Assembly (NCBI GenBank): GCA_040222015.1
Contig: JAVJWO010000077.1
Span: 1 to 60,244, forward strand
DNA length: 60,244 nucleotides
Direction: 5' to 3'
Source: Coleofasciculus chthonoplastes F2-STO-03
Lineage (GTDB): Bacteria > Cyanobacteriota > Cyanobacteriia > Cyanobacteriales > Coleofasciculaceae
In this document: in pieces, positions 16,101 to 25,842 of the stretch
Layout: the number at the start of each line of letters is the position of its first letter
How positions within the stretch are numbered: position 1 is the stretch's first letter
Program-made: the position numbers and the translations under genes
The notes under the pieces: model-generated
Told to the model about the DNA's origin: nothing
Database searches by the model: none
The model's input: only the letters and a program-made list of their open reading frames with translations

Positions 16101-18624
16101 TGGCGGCGCAATCACCCTAAAAACTCCCAACGGAACCATTACCACCAGCGATATTAATACCAATGGCGCCACAGATGGTGGAGATATCACAATCGAAGCC
16201 CAAACCCAAATCACCACAGGCGCAATTAACACCCGTGGAAATACAGGTAAAGGCGGAAATGTTACCCTTGACTCCGAAGGGGATATCCAAGTCGCCTCAA
16301 TCAACGCCGAAGGTGGCACCACTGGCGGTTCTTTAGACATCACCACCGAAAGCTTTTTCCGCGCCACAGATAGCTTCAGCGCCGCCAATGGCACACAAGC
16401 CAGCATTTCCACCCTGGGTGGAGTAGAAGGGGGAGACATCATCATCCGTCATAGCGAATCTTTGAATAATACCCCCTTCGATATCGGCAACGCCAGCACC
16501 AACGGTACAATCGCCGCCATCACCAGTGGCGAGTTTACCCTTGCGCCTAGCCAATCCTTCCCCTTCACTCACATCGAAGGCAATATTCAGCTAGTAACGG
16601 GATTAAATTCCCTCCCCTCCGAATATACTCCAAGCCCCAGTCCAGGCGACAATGGATTAAATTCCCTCCCCTCCGATATCATTCAAACCTTGAGTTCTGC
16701 CAATCGTGATCCTCACAGTTATAGCCGCCGCATCATCAGTAACACCAGTGATAGCGACAGTTATAGCCGCCGCATCATCAGTAACACCAGTGATAGCGAC
16801 AGTGATAACGACAGTGATAACAACAGTGATAACTCCATCAGTAACAACAGTGATAACGGCAGTTATAGCCGCCGCATCATCAGTAACACCAGTGATAGCG
16901 ACAGTGATAACGACAGTGATAACACCAGTGATAACGACAGTGATAACAACAGTGATAACGCCATCAGTAACACCAGTGATAGCGACAGTTATAGCCGCCG
17001 CATCATCAGTAACACCAGTGATAGCGACAGTGATAACGACAGTGATAACACCAGTGATAACGCCATCAGTAACACCAGTGATAACGCCATCAGTAACACC
17101 AGTGATAGCGACAGTTATAGCCGCCGCATCATCAGTAACACCAGTGATAGCGACAGTGATAACGACAGTGATAACACCAGTGATAACACCAGTGATAACG
17201 ACAGTGATAACACCAGTGATAACACCAGTGATAACACCAGTAATAACGCCAGTGATAACACCAGTAATAACGCCAGTGATAACACCAGTAATAACGCCAG
17301 TGATAGCGACAGTGATAGCGACAGTGATAGCGATAGTGATAGCGATAGTGATAACAACAGTGATAGCGCCAGTGATGAAACCACAAATACCGCCAGTGCC
17401 AGCCATAGCACCACCCGTTATATTGAATCTTTAGAACAACGGCGAATCAAAGAATTTGCCGATTACTTGGGACAAGACTTTTCCCAATACTTTATCTCCC
17501 CGAATAGTATCCAGGAAATTCTCACCCAAATCCAACAACAAACGGGCAACCGGAGTGCGGTTATCTATGGTGTTACCCAACCGGATAAATTAACCTTAGT
17601 CCTCTATATCGCCGACGTTGAACCCATCACCGTTAATGTCTTAGTTTCCCCGGAGGAATTACAATCCGCCACTTACAAACTGCGCGTCTCCTTAACCAAT
17701 CCTGTCCGCCGCCAATGGAAAGGCTATTTAGAACCCGCCCAAAACCTATATAACTGGTTAATTCAACCCATCGCTTCCGAATTAGAAGCCGCTAATATTG
17801 ATACCTTACTCTTTTCCCTGGATAGCGGCTTACGCACTGTCCCCCTCGCCACCCTTCATGATGGGGAAAACTTCCTGATTGAAACCTATAGCCTGAGTTT
17901 AATTCCCGCATTCAGTCTAATGAATACTGACTACCAACCCATACCAGAGTCTCAAATCCTGGCAATGGGAGCATCGGAGTTTACGGAATTAGCTCCCTTA
18001 CCGGCTGTACCTGTAGAATTAGCCACGATTACCCAACAAATCGGCACAGGAAAAGCTTTTCTCAATCAAGAGTTTACCCAAGATAATTTAATCCAACAAC
18101 GGCAGAATTCTGCCTATCAAATTATCCACCTCGGCACCCATGGCAACTTTCAAGCCGGAGACGCCAGTAATTCTTATGTACAACTGTGGGATGATAAATT
18201 AGATTTAACCGAAATGCGACAATTAAATTGGGATAATCCACCCGTGGAGTTATTAGTCTTATCCGCCTGTCGCACGGCGATTGGTAGCAAAGAAGCGGAG
18301 TTAGGATTTGCCGGATTAGCGTTAGCCTCTGGGGTAAAAACGGCATTAGGCAGTATTTGGGAGGTGAGTGATGGGGGAACATTAGCATTAATGACGGAAT
18401 TTTACACCCATTTAGGGGAAACGAAAATTAAAGCAGAAGCCCTGAGACAGGCACAATTAGCGATGCTGCGAGGAGATGTGGTGATTGAAAATGGACAAAT
18501 GCGGGGTAAGGGATACCCCTTGGGGATTGTATTGCCACCGGAGTTAGCGGAAGCGTTAAACAGTGTTGATTTATCCAATCCCTTTTATTGGTCAGGGTTT
18601 ACCTTAATTGGTAGTCCGTGGTGA
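13114..18624 (+). CDS. Large secreted protein: filamentous haemagglutinin N-terminal (TPS) domain, FG-GAP propeller repeats, S/D/N-rich linker and C-terminal CHAT (caspase-like) domain
   Basis: Signal-like N-terminus (ANA-QITP), NLFQSFQEF and LFLINPAGIVFG TPS motifs; CHAT His (IIHLGTHG) and Cys (LVLSACRTA) present; ends PFYWSGFTLIGSPW. Confidence 0.9.
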   Translation: MKSNQGLNHICCRFSSLTVILAFAFATSAANAQITPANDGTGTQVTQTGTQWDIDGGSLSADGANLFQSFQEFGLDAGDVANFLSTPAIQNILGRVVGGNASLIDGLIQVTGGNANLFLINPAGIVFGNNAQLNVMGDFTATTATGIGFGENLWFNAFGENNYETLIGTPNQFAFDSSQSGSLVNAGDLAVTEGQNLTLLGGIVVNTGAITAPGGTITIAAVPGENLVRISQPGNLLSLEIETRQDSTGQILPVSPLDLAALLTGDDSETVETGLTVTPTQQVQLAESEITIPQQAGTAIISGSLDVSDVGNSDNRVSSGVGGNINVVGDNVGLFAATINASGRKGGGIIHIGGDYQGQNTLPRARQTIVSADSTIMADGVSTESGTTADGGEVVLWSDELTQFYGTISARGGNNGGNGGLVEVSGKELLVFTGFVDAGASLGEAGTLLLDPKTITIRDPNTPLATFLNPEPVADGRFGWSVAAVGSDILIGAYRNTSGGIRRAGQAFLFNPDGTLLQTFDNPQPVVDGRFGISVAAVGSDILIGASRNTSGGFTEAGQAFLFNSNGTLRQTFDNPQPVGNGYFGYSVAAVGSDILIGAYLNTSGGFTEAGQAFLFNSNGTLQQTFDNPQPVADGRFGFSVAAVGSDILIGATDNTSGGISGAGQAFLFNPDGALRQTFDNPEPVAGGEFGYYVAAVGSDILISADGNTSGGISGAGQAFLFKPDGTLQQTFDNPQPVADGLFGTSVAAKGSDILISADGNTSGGIRRAGQAFLFNPDGTLLQTFDNPQPVADGRFGSLVAAVGSDILIGAPGNTSGTVGGAGQAFLFARDGGGEFSFSDNSAESVSIAPNTITTIANGGTDVVLQAHTDIIVDEEITTAANGNGGSLTFQAGRSIEVNANITTDNGNLTLIANETAANGVIDTFRDPGIAQITVADGVTLDAGTGDIQMRLQAGNDGGDIIVEGILNAANLTVENNNGNIDASAGILNTNNTTGNGGAITLKTPNGTITTSDINTNGATDGGDITIEAQTQITTGAINTRGNTGKGGNVTLDSEGDIQVASINAEGGTTGGSLDITTESFFRATDSFSAANGTQASISTLGGVEGGDIIIRHSESLNNTPFDIGNASTNGTIAAITSGEFTLAPSQSFPFTHIEGNIQLVTGLNSLPSEYTPSPSPGDNGLNSLPSDIIQTLSSANRDPHSYSRRIISNTSDSDSYSRRIISNTSDSDSDNDSDNNSDNSISNNSDNGSYSRRIISNTSDSDSDNDSDNTSDNDSDNNSDNAISNTSDSDSYSRRIISNTSDSDSDNDSDNTSDNAISNTSDNAISNTSDSDSYSRRIISNTSDSDSDNDSDNTSDNTSDNDSDNTSDNTSDNTSNNASDNTSNNASDNTSNNASDSDSDSDSDSDSDSDSDNNSDSASDETTNTASASHSTTRYIESLEQRRIKEFADYLGQDFSQYFISPNSIQEILTQIQQQTGNRSAVIYGVTQPDKLTLVLYIADVEPITVNVLVSPEELQSATYKLRVSLTNPVRRQWKGYLEPAQNLYNWLIQPIASELEAANIDTLLFSLDSGLRTVPLATLHDGENFLIETYSLSLIPAFSLMNTDYQPIPESQILAMGASEFTELAPLPAVPVELATITQQIGTGKAFLNQEFTQDNLIQQRQNSAYQIIHLGTHGNFQAGDASNSYVQLWDDKLDLTEMRQLNWDNPPVELLVLSACRTAIGSKEAELGFAGLALASGVKTALGSIWEVSDGGTLALMTEFYTHLGETKIKAEALRQAQLAMLRGDVVIENGQMRGKGYPLGIVLPPELAEALNSVDLSNPFYWSGFTLIGSPW
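14509..15600 (+). repeat. Seven 159-bp (53-aa) intragenic FG-GAP-like repeats
   Basis: Unit TFDNPQPVxxGxFGxSVAAVGSDILIGAxxNTSGGxxxAGQAFLFNxxGTLxQ; TTCGATAATCCC recurs at 14671, 14830 and onward. Confidence 0.95.
16717..17395 (+). repeat. Intragenic low-complexity S/D/N tandem repeats
   Basis: 12-bp AGTGATAAC(A/G)(A/C)C-type units interleaved with five SYSRRIISNTSDSD modules. Confidence 0.9.
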
Positions 18625-18697
18625 TTGGGTTATATCATGTCCTGTAGGGGTTTGGTCTCCAAACTCTGGGTCGATTATTGGTAAATTTAGGTATTTA

Positions 18698-18898
18698 GGG
18701 TTTGCTGCACAACCCAAAAACCATTAGCCATCAATACTTTGAGTAGCATTGACATTGGCTCATCTTCCAGGAAAGAGAATAAAACTCATCAAAACCCTTG
18801 CACCACTATCACCGAAAATGTACCCTTGCTCCCCCAGCTCCCCCAGCTCCCCCAGCTCCCCCAGCTTCCCCTCACCACACCACTTATTCAGCAGCCCC
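18698..18898. mobile_element. MITE-like element with internal 9-mer tandem repeat
   Basis: Imperfect TIRs GGGTTTGCTGCACAA / TTATTCAGCAGCCCC, flanking TATTTA direct repeat; inverted relative at 35685-35775. Confidence 0.6.
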
Positions 18899-18959
18899 TA
18901 TTTAGGCTACTGCTGCAAGCCCCTTTTTCCCTCGCTTGCTTAGGTTTCAGCCTTAACTA

Positions 18960-19093
18960 ATACCAAGTTGCAGTCTAAGGTAGAATTTGTCATGCTGAGC
19001 GAAGTCCTGAGCGAAGCGAAGGAACGGTAGCGAAGCATCTGTCCAGATTCTTCGCTTCGCTCTCCAATGACATGATAGAACGCAACTCGGTAT
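18960..19093. mobile_element. 134-bp MITE-like element, copy 1
   Basis: Ends ATACCAAGTTGC / GCAACTCGGTAT; near-identical copy at 31356-31488. Confidence 0.8.
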
Positions 19094-19120
19094 AAGTGCC
19101 ATTCGGGTGAAGCCTTTGGT

Positions 19121-19747
19121 TCAAGCCCCAGCCGTTAATAGATGAATCAAACCATCAACCATGCGATCGCGCTCTAAGGGCAGAATTTCACCCCCCTGTA
19201 GGATGTTTTGAATAATCAGGTAATGTACCAGAGATCCGGTAAAAATCCGGGCGGCGACAATAGGATCGGACAAGTTGAGTTGGGGTTGAGAGGCTAAATA
19301 TAAGGAAAGCCGTTCCATTAAGGGTTTGATAATTTCGCGTACATGGGTTTGAGCCAATTCCGGAAACCGCTCAGACTCGCCGATGATTAACCGCATCAAG
19401 GTTAACAGCGCTGGATTGTTCGCAAACTCATCAAGTACCGCCGTTGCTGTTTGACGCAGAACCTGCTCAGGAGGCGTTTGTAAGTCTGGCTCAGTGGGTA
19501 AATTGAGGATTAGCTGACTGTTGTTTTGGGTGAGTTGGTGGATCAAGGCGATAAATAATCCCTGTTTATCTTGAAAGTAGTTATATAGCGTGGGTTTGGA
19601 TACTCCTGCTGCCGATGCAATCCGATCCATACTCGCCGCCGCATATCCATGCTTGGTAAACACTTGCAAAGCACCTGCCAAAATCGCTTGGGCTTTATCG
19701 GGTTTTTCCGGGTTGGATGACTGGGGTGGAGTGGAACGATTTACCAT
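19121..19747 (-). CDS. TetR/AcrR family transcriptional regulator
   Basis: ILAGALQVFTKHGYAAASMDRIASAAGVSKPTLYNYFQDK HTH; divergent from devB/devC. Confidence 0.95.
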   Translation of the reverse strand: MVNRSTPPQSSNPEKPDKAQAILAGALQVFTKHGYAAASMDRIASAAGVSKPTLYNYFQDKQGLFIALIHQLTQNNSQLILNLPTEPDLQTPPEQVLRQTATAVLDEFANNPALLTLMRLIIGESERFPELAQTHVREIIKPLMERLSLYLASQPQLNLSDPIVAARIFTGSLVHYLIIQNILQGGEILPLERDRMVDGLIHLLTAGA

Positions 19748-19910
19748 TGGATTAAGTTTTGGGTTTTGAATGTGTAGGGGCGGGTTTTACGATTATCCTT
19801 TTTTTCACTGATCCAGATGCGACTCGCGCCCGCCCCGAAAGTGCGAGAGTTTTGATCCTGCCTTTGGCTCAGGGGGAGAAAGGACAAGTCGCCCGATCCA
19901 TGCTTCTTAT

Positions 19911-19955
19911 TTTACTAAACCGTTTAGTTGACTTTACTAAACCGTTTAGTAAAAT
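19911..19955. promoter_or_regulatory. Twin palindromic operators (likely TetR) overlapping a putative devB promoter
   Basis: ACTAAAC-C-GTTTAGT twice with a 22-bp period; TTGACT 19928-19933 and TAAAAT 19950-19955. Confidence 0.75.
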
Positions 19956-19972
19956 ATAAACATATACAGATT

Positions 19973-20061
19973 AGGACTTACGCAGCTACACCATAGATGG
20001 CGGGAAAGGTGCGTTACGCTGCGCTAACACACCCTACACATAGAGGCTTTGCGTAAGTTCT
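19973..20061 (-). mobile_element. REP-containing MITE, inverted copy
   Basis: AGGACTTACGC...GCGTAAGTTCT with internal GGTGCGTTACGCTGCGCTAACACACCCTAC. Confidence 0.75.
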
Positions 20062-20089
20062 ATAGATAACACTTTTCTCTGATGGGAGA

Positions 20090-21292
20090 ATGCCCATGAG
20101 CTTAGATCTGTTAAACCATCAGGCAGGATCAACCCAATCACCACGTCGTTGGCTGGCGTTTGTCGGCGTCGCCATTTTGGGGTTAGCGGGAACCGGATGG
20201 GGTGTCTGGCAATTTCGAGCGGCTCAGATGCGGGAGGCTCAAACGGAAGTCTCAGTTGTGCCTGAAATTCAAACGGTGACAGCATTGGGGCGGTTGGAGC
20301 CAGCTGGAGAAATGATTCACCTCACAGCGTCAACCTCAACTCAGGTAAGCCGAATTGAGCAACTGTTGGTTGAGGAAGGCGATCGCGTTCAAGTCGGACA
20401 GATTATTGCTATTTTAGATAACCGCGATCGCTTACAAGCATCCCTGCAAAAAGCCGAGAAACAGGTGGATGTCGCTCAGGCAAAACTGGCACAGGTACAA
20501 GCTGGCGTCAAAGTCGGTGAACTACAAGCCCAGGGTGCGGAAATTGCCAGACTTCAGGCAGATCGAACTGGGAGTTTAGCGGCTCAACAGGCGGCGGTGG
20601 CTCGGCTGGAGGCAGAAGTCCAAAATGCTCGTCTGGAATATGAACGATACGAATCCTTGTATCAGCAGGGTGCTGTCTCCGCCTCTCAACGGGATGCCAA
20701 GGGGTTAACCTACACTACTGCTCAACAACAGGTTCAGCAGGCTCAAGCAGAGTTAGGGCGGATTGAGACAACCAGTCAAGAGCAAATTCAACAGGCGCAA
20801 GCCACCCTGGATCGACTTGCCGAAGTGCGTCCTGTGGACGTAGAAGCAGCCGAGGCAGAAGTACAATCAGCAAAAGCCTCTGTTGCCGAAGCCCAAGCCA
20901 ATCTAGAGCAAGCCGAAGTGCGATCGCCCCGTGCAGGTCAAATTATTAAGATTCACACCTATCCGGGCGAAAAAATAGCGGATCAGGGCATCGTCACCTT
21001 AGGGCAAACCCAGCAGATGATCGCGATCGCGGAAGTTTACCAAAGTGACATTCTCAAGATTCAGGAGGGTCAACCTGCCACGATTACATCACCCGTCATT
21101 CCTAACTCACTCCAGGGTACAGTCGAGCGGATTGGCTTACAAGTCGAGCAACAACAGGTTGTCGATGAAGATCCCGCCGCCAACATTGATGCCAAAGTCG
21201 TTGAAGTTCACATCCGTCTCGATCCCAACTCGAGTCATAACGTAGCAGGATTGAGCAATTTACAAGTTACAGTCACGATTCAAATCGAATAA
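20090..21292 (+). CDS. DevB-family ABC exporter membrane fusion protein
   Basis: TM anchor, VTALGRLEP, coiled coil, AEVYQSDI, DPAANIDAKVVEVHIRL typical of DevB. Confidence 0.88.
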   Translation: MPMSLDLLNHQAGSTQSPRRWLAFVGVAILGLAGTGWGVWQFRAAQMREAQTEVSVVPEIQTVTALGRLEPAGEMIHLTASTSTQVSRIEQLLVEEGDRVQVGQIIAILDNRDRLQASLQKAEKQVDVAQAKLAQVQAGVKVGELQAQGAEIARLQADRTGSLAAQQAAVARLEAEVQNARLEYERYESLYQQGAVSASQRDAKGLTYTTAQQQVQQAQAELGRIETTSQEQIQQAQATLDRLAEVRPVDVEAAEAEVQSAKASVAEAQANLEQAEVRSPRAGQIIKIHTYPGEKIADQGIVTLGQTQQMIAIAEVYQSDILKIQEGQPATITSPVIPNSLQGTVERIGLQVEQQQVVDEDPAANIDAKVVEVHIRLDPNSSHNVAGLSNLQVTVTIQIE

Positions 21293-21401
21293 TTTGTCAT
21301 TTGTCATTTGTCATTCGTCATTTGTCAAGTCGGGGCGGGTTTATTTACATCTGGGTGTAACCGAAAAGATAGTAGTGAAACCCGCCCCTACACAATTTGT
21401 T

Positions 21402-21530
21402 CCAGCTCCCCCAGCTTCCCCAGCTTCCCCAGCTTCCCCAGCTCCCCCAGCTCCCCCAGCTCCCCCAGCTTCCCCAGCTTCCCCAGCTTCCCCAGCTTCC
21501 CCAGCTTCCCCAGCTCCCCCCAGCTTCCCC
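21402..21530. repeat. 9-mer tandem repeat CCAGCT(T/C)CC, about 14 copies
   Basis: Directly visible between devB and devC. Confidence 0.9.
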
Positions 21531-21569
21531 TTACCACAATCCTTATTCACCAAGCCCTAATCAGAAACC

Positions 21570-22745
21570 ATGCTTGGCTTAATCAAAACATTGCAACAGC
21601 GCACTCCCTTAGGGCTACTACAGCTTAAACATGACCGAATGCGGCTGTTAACCGCGATCGCAGGCATCACCTTTGCTGATGTGTTGATCTTTATGCAGTT
21701 GGGGTTTGCTGATGCCCTCTACAGAACCAACACCCAATATCCTCGCACCCTACAAGCCGACTTAGTTGTAATTAGCACCCAGGCAAAAAACTTTGGACAA
21801 TTGCGAACCTTCACCCGACGGCGACTTTACCAAGCTCAAGACGTGCCAGGAGTCGCCTCTGCCGATGCATTATACCTTGGCTCAGTACAATGGCGAAATC
21901 CCAAAACCCGCAAGAAGACATCGATGCTGCTGATCGGACAAAACCCAGATCGACCTGCCTTTAATTTACCTGAAGTCAACCAGCAGCTAGACGCGATTCG
22001 GCTACCCGATACCGTTTTATTTGACCAAGCCTCGCGGGGTGAATACCAGGATATGATTACCCAGATTGAACAGGGAGAGTCAGCCACCACAGAAATTGGA
22101 CAGCGAACCATAACCGTAGCCGGACTATTCCAAGTCGGCGCATCTTTTGCCGATGATGGCGCATTAATTACCAGCGATCAAAACTTTTTAAGGTTATTTC
22201 CCAAACGGGATGCTGGATCTGTGAGTCTGGGGTTAATTCGTCTGCATCCGGGGTATGAGCCAGAACAGGTGAGAGATGCTTTAGTGGCGCGGTTACCGGA
22301 AGATGTGCAGGTACTGACGAGTCAGGGTTATGTGGATTTTGAAATTGCCGATATTCAATCGAGATCACCGATTGGGTTTGTTTTTGGCTTAGGCACGATC
22401 ATGGGATTGATTGTCGGTACGGTGATTGTCTACCAAGTGCTTTCGACGGATGTGAATAGTCACTTGGAAGAGTATGCCACGTTCAAGGCAATGGGTTATC
22501 GGAATACTTACTTGTTAGGGGTAATTTTTGAAGAAGCACTGATTTTATCGGTGTTAGGGTTTATACCCGGTTTAGCGATCGCATTAGCGGCTTATCAAGT
22601 TACAGCCGCAGCAACCGCCCTACCTTTGGCGATGCCCTTAAGTCGGACTATTTTTGTGCTTCTGCTGACATTTATCATGTGTGGTGCATCAGGTGCGATC
22701 GCGACTCGCCGTCTCCAAGCTGCTGATCCGGCTGATATTTTCTAA
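21570..22745 (+). CDS. devC: DevC-family ABC exporter permease
   Basis: AGITFADVLIFMQLGF, GASFADDG.LITSDQNFLRLF, EYATFKAMGY, C-terminal ADPADIF. Confidence 0.88.
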   Translation: MLGLIKTLQQRTPLGLLQLKHDRMRLLTAIAGITFADVLIFMQLGFADALYRTNTQYPRTLQADLVVISTQAKNFGQLRTFTRRRLYQAQDVPGVASADALYLGSVQWRNPKTRKKTSMLLIGQNPDRPAFNLPEVNQQLDAIRLPDTVLFDQASRGEYQDMITQIEQGESATTEIGQRTITVAGLFQVGASFADDGALITSDQNFLRLFPKRDAGSVSLGLIRLHPGYEPEQVRDALVARLPEDVQVLTSQGYVDFEIADIQSRSPIGFVFGLGTIMGLIVGTVIVYQVLSTDVNSHLEEYATFKAMGYRNTYLLGVIFEEALILSVLGFIPGLAIALAAYQVTAAATALPLAMPLSRTIFVLLLTFIMCGASGAIATRRLQAADPADIF

Positions 22746-23000
22746 AGCTGGGGGATCTGTGGCTGTGATTACGTGTTCTACTTTTTTTTCCTTCGATTCA
22801 TATTTAACCAGTAGGGTTTTTAACTTCTCTGGTTTTTGTACAAAATCATACTACATTAACAGTGTGGGGATTCACCTTAAGTTGACACCAATGGATGGGG
22901 AACGTCTGTTGCGCGGTTGAGGATAAAGTTTATTCAAAACCCGCCCTCATCTCCCCCAGCTTCCCCCATTCCCTGTTCCCCGTTCCCTGTTCCCGAACCA

Positions 23001-23708
23001 ATGACAAATGACCATTCCCGATCAGAAATTCGCCATTTATTCGATCGCATCGCCCCAGTTTACGACCAACTCAACCAGTGGTTAAGTTTAGGTCAACACC
23101 GGATCTGGAAAAAGATGGCAGTGAAGTGGTGCGATCTAAAGCCAGGTGAGGTTGGTTTAGATTTATGCTGCGGGAGTGGTGATTTAGCCGAACTGCTCGC
23201 CCGAGACGTGGGCGCAACGGGTCAGGTGTATGGGGTTGATTTTTCCCCAGCGCTACTCGCGATCGCGAAAGCCAGAGTGACTTATCATTATCCCCCCTTA
23301 ACCATTCACTGGATTGAAGCAGATGCTCTCGATTTACCCTTCCAGGATAATTTTTTCCACGGTGCCACCATGGGGTATGGGCTACGGAACGTGACCGATA
23401 TTCCTCGTTGTTTGCAAGAACTGTACCGAGTCCTCAAACCGGGGGCAAAGGCGGCTATCCTAGACTTTCATCGTCCTCAACACGCACCCCTACGTCAGTT
23501 TCAGCAATGGTATCTCGACACAATCGTCGTACCCCGTGCCAAATCCTTGGGCTTAGAGCAAGAATATGCCTACATCACTCCCAGCTTAGAGCGATTTCCC
23601 AACGGAAAGCAGCAGGTTGAACTGGCGCACCAGGCTGGATTTAGCCATTCCACGCACTATCCCATCGCTGGGGGAATGATGGGCGTTTTAGTCATCAGGA
23701 AACCCTAG
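23001..23708 (+). CDS. menG: Demethylphylloquinone/demethylmenaquinone methyltransferase (UbiE/MenG)
   Basis: FDRIAPVYDQLN..SLGQHRIWK, LDLCCGSGD, MGYGLRNV; ATG 23001 chosen because the upstream extension is repeat-derived. Confidence 0.85.
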   Translation: MTNDHSRSEIRHLFDRIAPVYDQLNQWLSLGQHRIWKKMAVKWCDLKPGEVGLDLCCGSGDLAELLARDVGATGQVYGVDFSPALLAIAKARVTYHYPPLTIHWIEADALDLPFQDNFFHGATMGYGLRNVTDIPRCLQELYRVLKPGAKAAILDFHRPQHAPLRQFQQWYLDTIVVPRAKSLGLEQEYAYITPSLERFPNGKQQVELAHQAGFSHSTHYPIAGGMMGVLVIRKP

Positions 23709-23860
23709 AGCGTAAAATGGGGATCAGGGATTGGGGATTAAACAACGCCAAAGTTAATCCTTACCATTAAGTTTTTTGACAGATGCGACATGTCGCGTCT
23801 CTAGATGACTTTTTCTTTCCCATCCTTTATTGTCCGTTCTGTATTACGCCGATTGTTGTT

Positions 23861-25096
23861 TTGAATTTATCAAACCTGTGGCTGCTGTTTTTGCCTCCAA
23901 TCGCGGGGGGAATTATTGGCTATTTCACTAATGATTTAGCAATTAAAATGCTATTCCGTCCCTACCGCCCCATTTACATTGGCAAGCGGCGGTTACCGTT
24001 TACACCCGGTTTAATTCCCGATAACCAGGAACGCTTAGCGAAACGGGTATCCGATACCATCATGGGTTCTTTGTTAACCCCGTCGGAGATGCAACGACTA
24101 GCACGGCGTCTACTGCATCGGGAACGGGTGCGTGGGGCAATTCTGTGGATGCTCAATCTGACGTTGGAACAAGTCCAGTTGGATAAGGAACAGAAAACAG
24201 CAAAGATTCTTGCGGCTATCCTCCACGACTTATTAGGAGAATCCTTGCCCCGTTTACTTAAAGTTTTAGCCCGTCGCGATAATTTTTTAGAAGCCCAGCT
24301 TAACCAAATTTTTGACCAGATTTTGCTGGAGTTTCAACTGAATGAGCAACAAGCGCAACAGCTTTCCCAGTGGATTTTACAAGTGGCATTACCGCCTGAT
24401 GTGCTGCGTCAAGGGATTATTGATTTTTTAACCGATCGCAATATCCAAATCATTGATGAAGGGTTTCGCGAGAAGACAAGCGGCACCTATTGGATAGTCG
24501 CCAATTTATTTGGACTACGCAATACTCTCACCCGTTTGCGAACCTATTGCTTAGATGAGAAAGAGGAATCTAATGCGCGTCTGCAAGAATTACTGACCGC
24601 CTTGGGTACCCGTGATCGGTTAAAGTTTTGGCTGCAAACTCTATCCCTCCAAAATTTGCCCGTGTCTACGGTGCGACAGTTACGCAAAACCATGCGGGAT
24701 GCGGTTCGCACGTATATCCGAGAGCAGGGTAGCGAATTTTTGCAAGGATTAAGTCAATCCATTGATTGGGAAAAGGTCGCGGCATTGATTTTAAACCGAT
24801 TGCGAGAGTCGGCGATTATGAGCAGCTCAATGGAATTAATTAGTCAAGAACTGGCATTAATTTTGGAGCGTTATCTGGAAGAAGATTTAGAAAAACTGGT
24901 GACGCAGGTGATTCCCATTTTATCCATTGATCAGCTTATTGTAGAGCGGGTAAGAGGTACATCACCGGAATCCTTAGAAGTTGCCGTTAAAGTGATTGTC
25001 AAAAATGAATTACAAGCGATTGTTAATTTAGGTGGGATTTTGGGTGTAGTGATCGGGCTATTTCAGACGGGATTAATTCTATTTAGGGGATTTTGA
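23861..25096 (+). CDS. DUF445 family membrane protein
   Basis: [30 protein letters not shown]-terminus and [14 protein letters not shown]-terminus; start uncertain (TTG 23861 or ATG 23783). Confidence 0.8.
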   Translation: MNLSNLWLLFLPPIAGGIIGYFTNDLAIKMLFRPYRPIYIGKRRLPFTPGLIPDNQERLAKRVSDTIMGSLLTPSEMQRLARRLLHRERVRGAILWMLNLTLEQVQLDKEQKTAKILAAILHDLLGESLPRLLKVLARRDNFLEAQLNQIFDQILLEFQLNEQQAQQLSQWILQVALPPDVLRQGIIDFLTDRNIQIIDEGFREKTSGTYWIVANLFGLRNTLTRLRTYCLDEKEESNARLQELLTALGTRDRLKFWLQTLSLQNLPVSTVRQLRKTMRDAVRTYIREQGSEFLQGLSQSIDWEKVAALILNRLRESAIMSSSMELISQELALILERYLEEDLEKLVTQVIPILSIDQLIVERVRGTSPESLEVAVKVIVKNELQAIVNLGGILGVVIGLFQTGLILFRGF

Positions 25097-25308
25097 GTCA
25101 GGGGACTGAAGGGGCGGGTAAGCGACTTGAATAGTAGGTAGGGTGTCGGGTGTCGGGGCGGGTTTTACTGCTAAATCCGATTTTGGGACTTAGGGGTGTT
25201 TGACCGGACATGATATAATAACAAATCCGGGTTAGCTACCCCTGTTATAATCCAGTCCGCGCAGGCGGACTTTGTTTGTGTAGCAGCGATTTCAATCGCC
25301 TCCTCTTG

Positions 25309-25842
25309 CTACCGATATCTAAGTTCGATCACATTTTCCTTAATCGTCACATCGTAGACACCAAAAAATCCTTGTCCTAATAGTCCGATATCCAGGTATT
25401 GATTAATCGTCACCTCCGGATTCGTGACTTCAATACCGCCGACGGCGACAGAATTCACCCGACCTCGCGGAACTTCGACTTTGCCACCCGCCGTGGAGGT
25501 GGTAACGACGCCGTCGGATGCAACGTTTAAGACTTGTGCCATTTGGGGGGTAATGGCAATTCCAGACGCCCCTGTATCGAAGAGCATTTCAAAGCGGCTG
25601 TTACCATTGAATTGAACATCAACGACCGGAATTCCTGAAACTCGGCGTTTGATCGGAACTTGAATCACCGAGGGTGTACTGCTACCACTACCACAAAGGT
25701 GACCCAGATCAATGACATTGCCGTTGCTGTCTTCTAAGTAGCAGGGCAGATCACTCTGGGAATGGGAGATACTGGTAGATGAGATAATTCCTGCGATCGC
25801 GAGGAATACAGATAAGACTTGGCGGGATAAATAGCGTTTCAT
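25309..25842 (-). CDS. Secreted retropepsin-like aspartic protease
   Basis: Signal peptide, CY..D..G..IDL..LCG motif, catalytic MLFDTGAS, GLLGQ. Confidence 0.85.
   Translation of the reverse strand: MKRYLSRQVLSVFLAIAGIISSTSISHSQSDLPCYLEDSNGNVIDLGHLCGSGSSTPSVIQVPIKRRVSGIPVVDVQFNGNSRFEMLFDTGASGIAITPQMAQVLNVASDGVVTTSTAGGKVEVPRGRVNSVAVGGIEVTNPEVTINQYLDIGLLGQGFFGVYDVTIKENVIELRYR

Noticed and set aside
16657..17434. Long alternative-frame ORFs (VITG/VITP, SLSL, YHCR repeats)
   Set aside because: Shadow frames of the S/D/N tandem repeat inside the CHAT gene; no independent coding evidence.
21294..21628. Pro/Ala/Ser- or LPQ-repeat ORFs between devB and devC (also 18739-18960 and 60041-60235)
   Set aside because: Translations of 7-mer and 9-mer tandem repeats and REPs.
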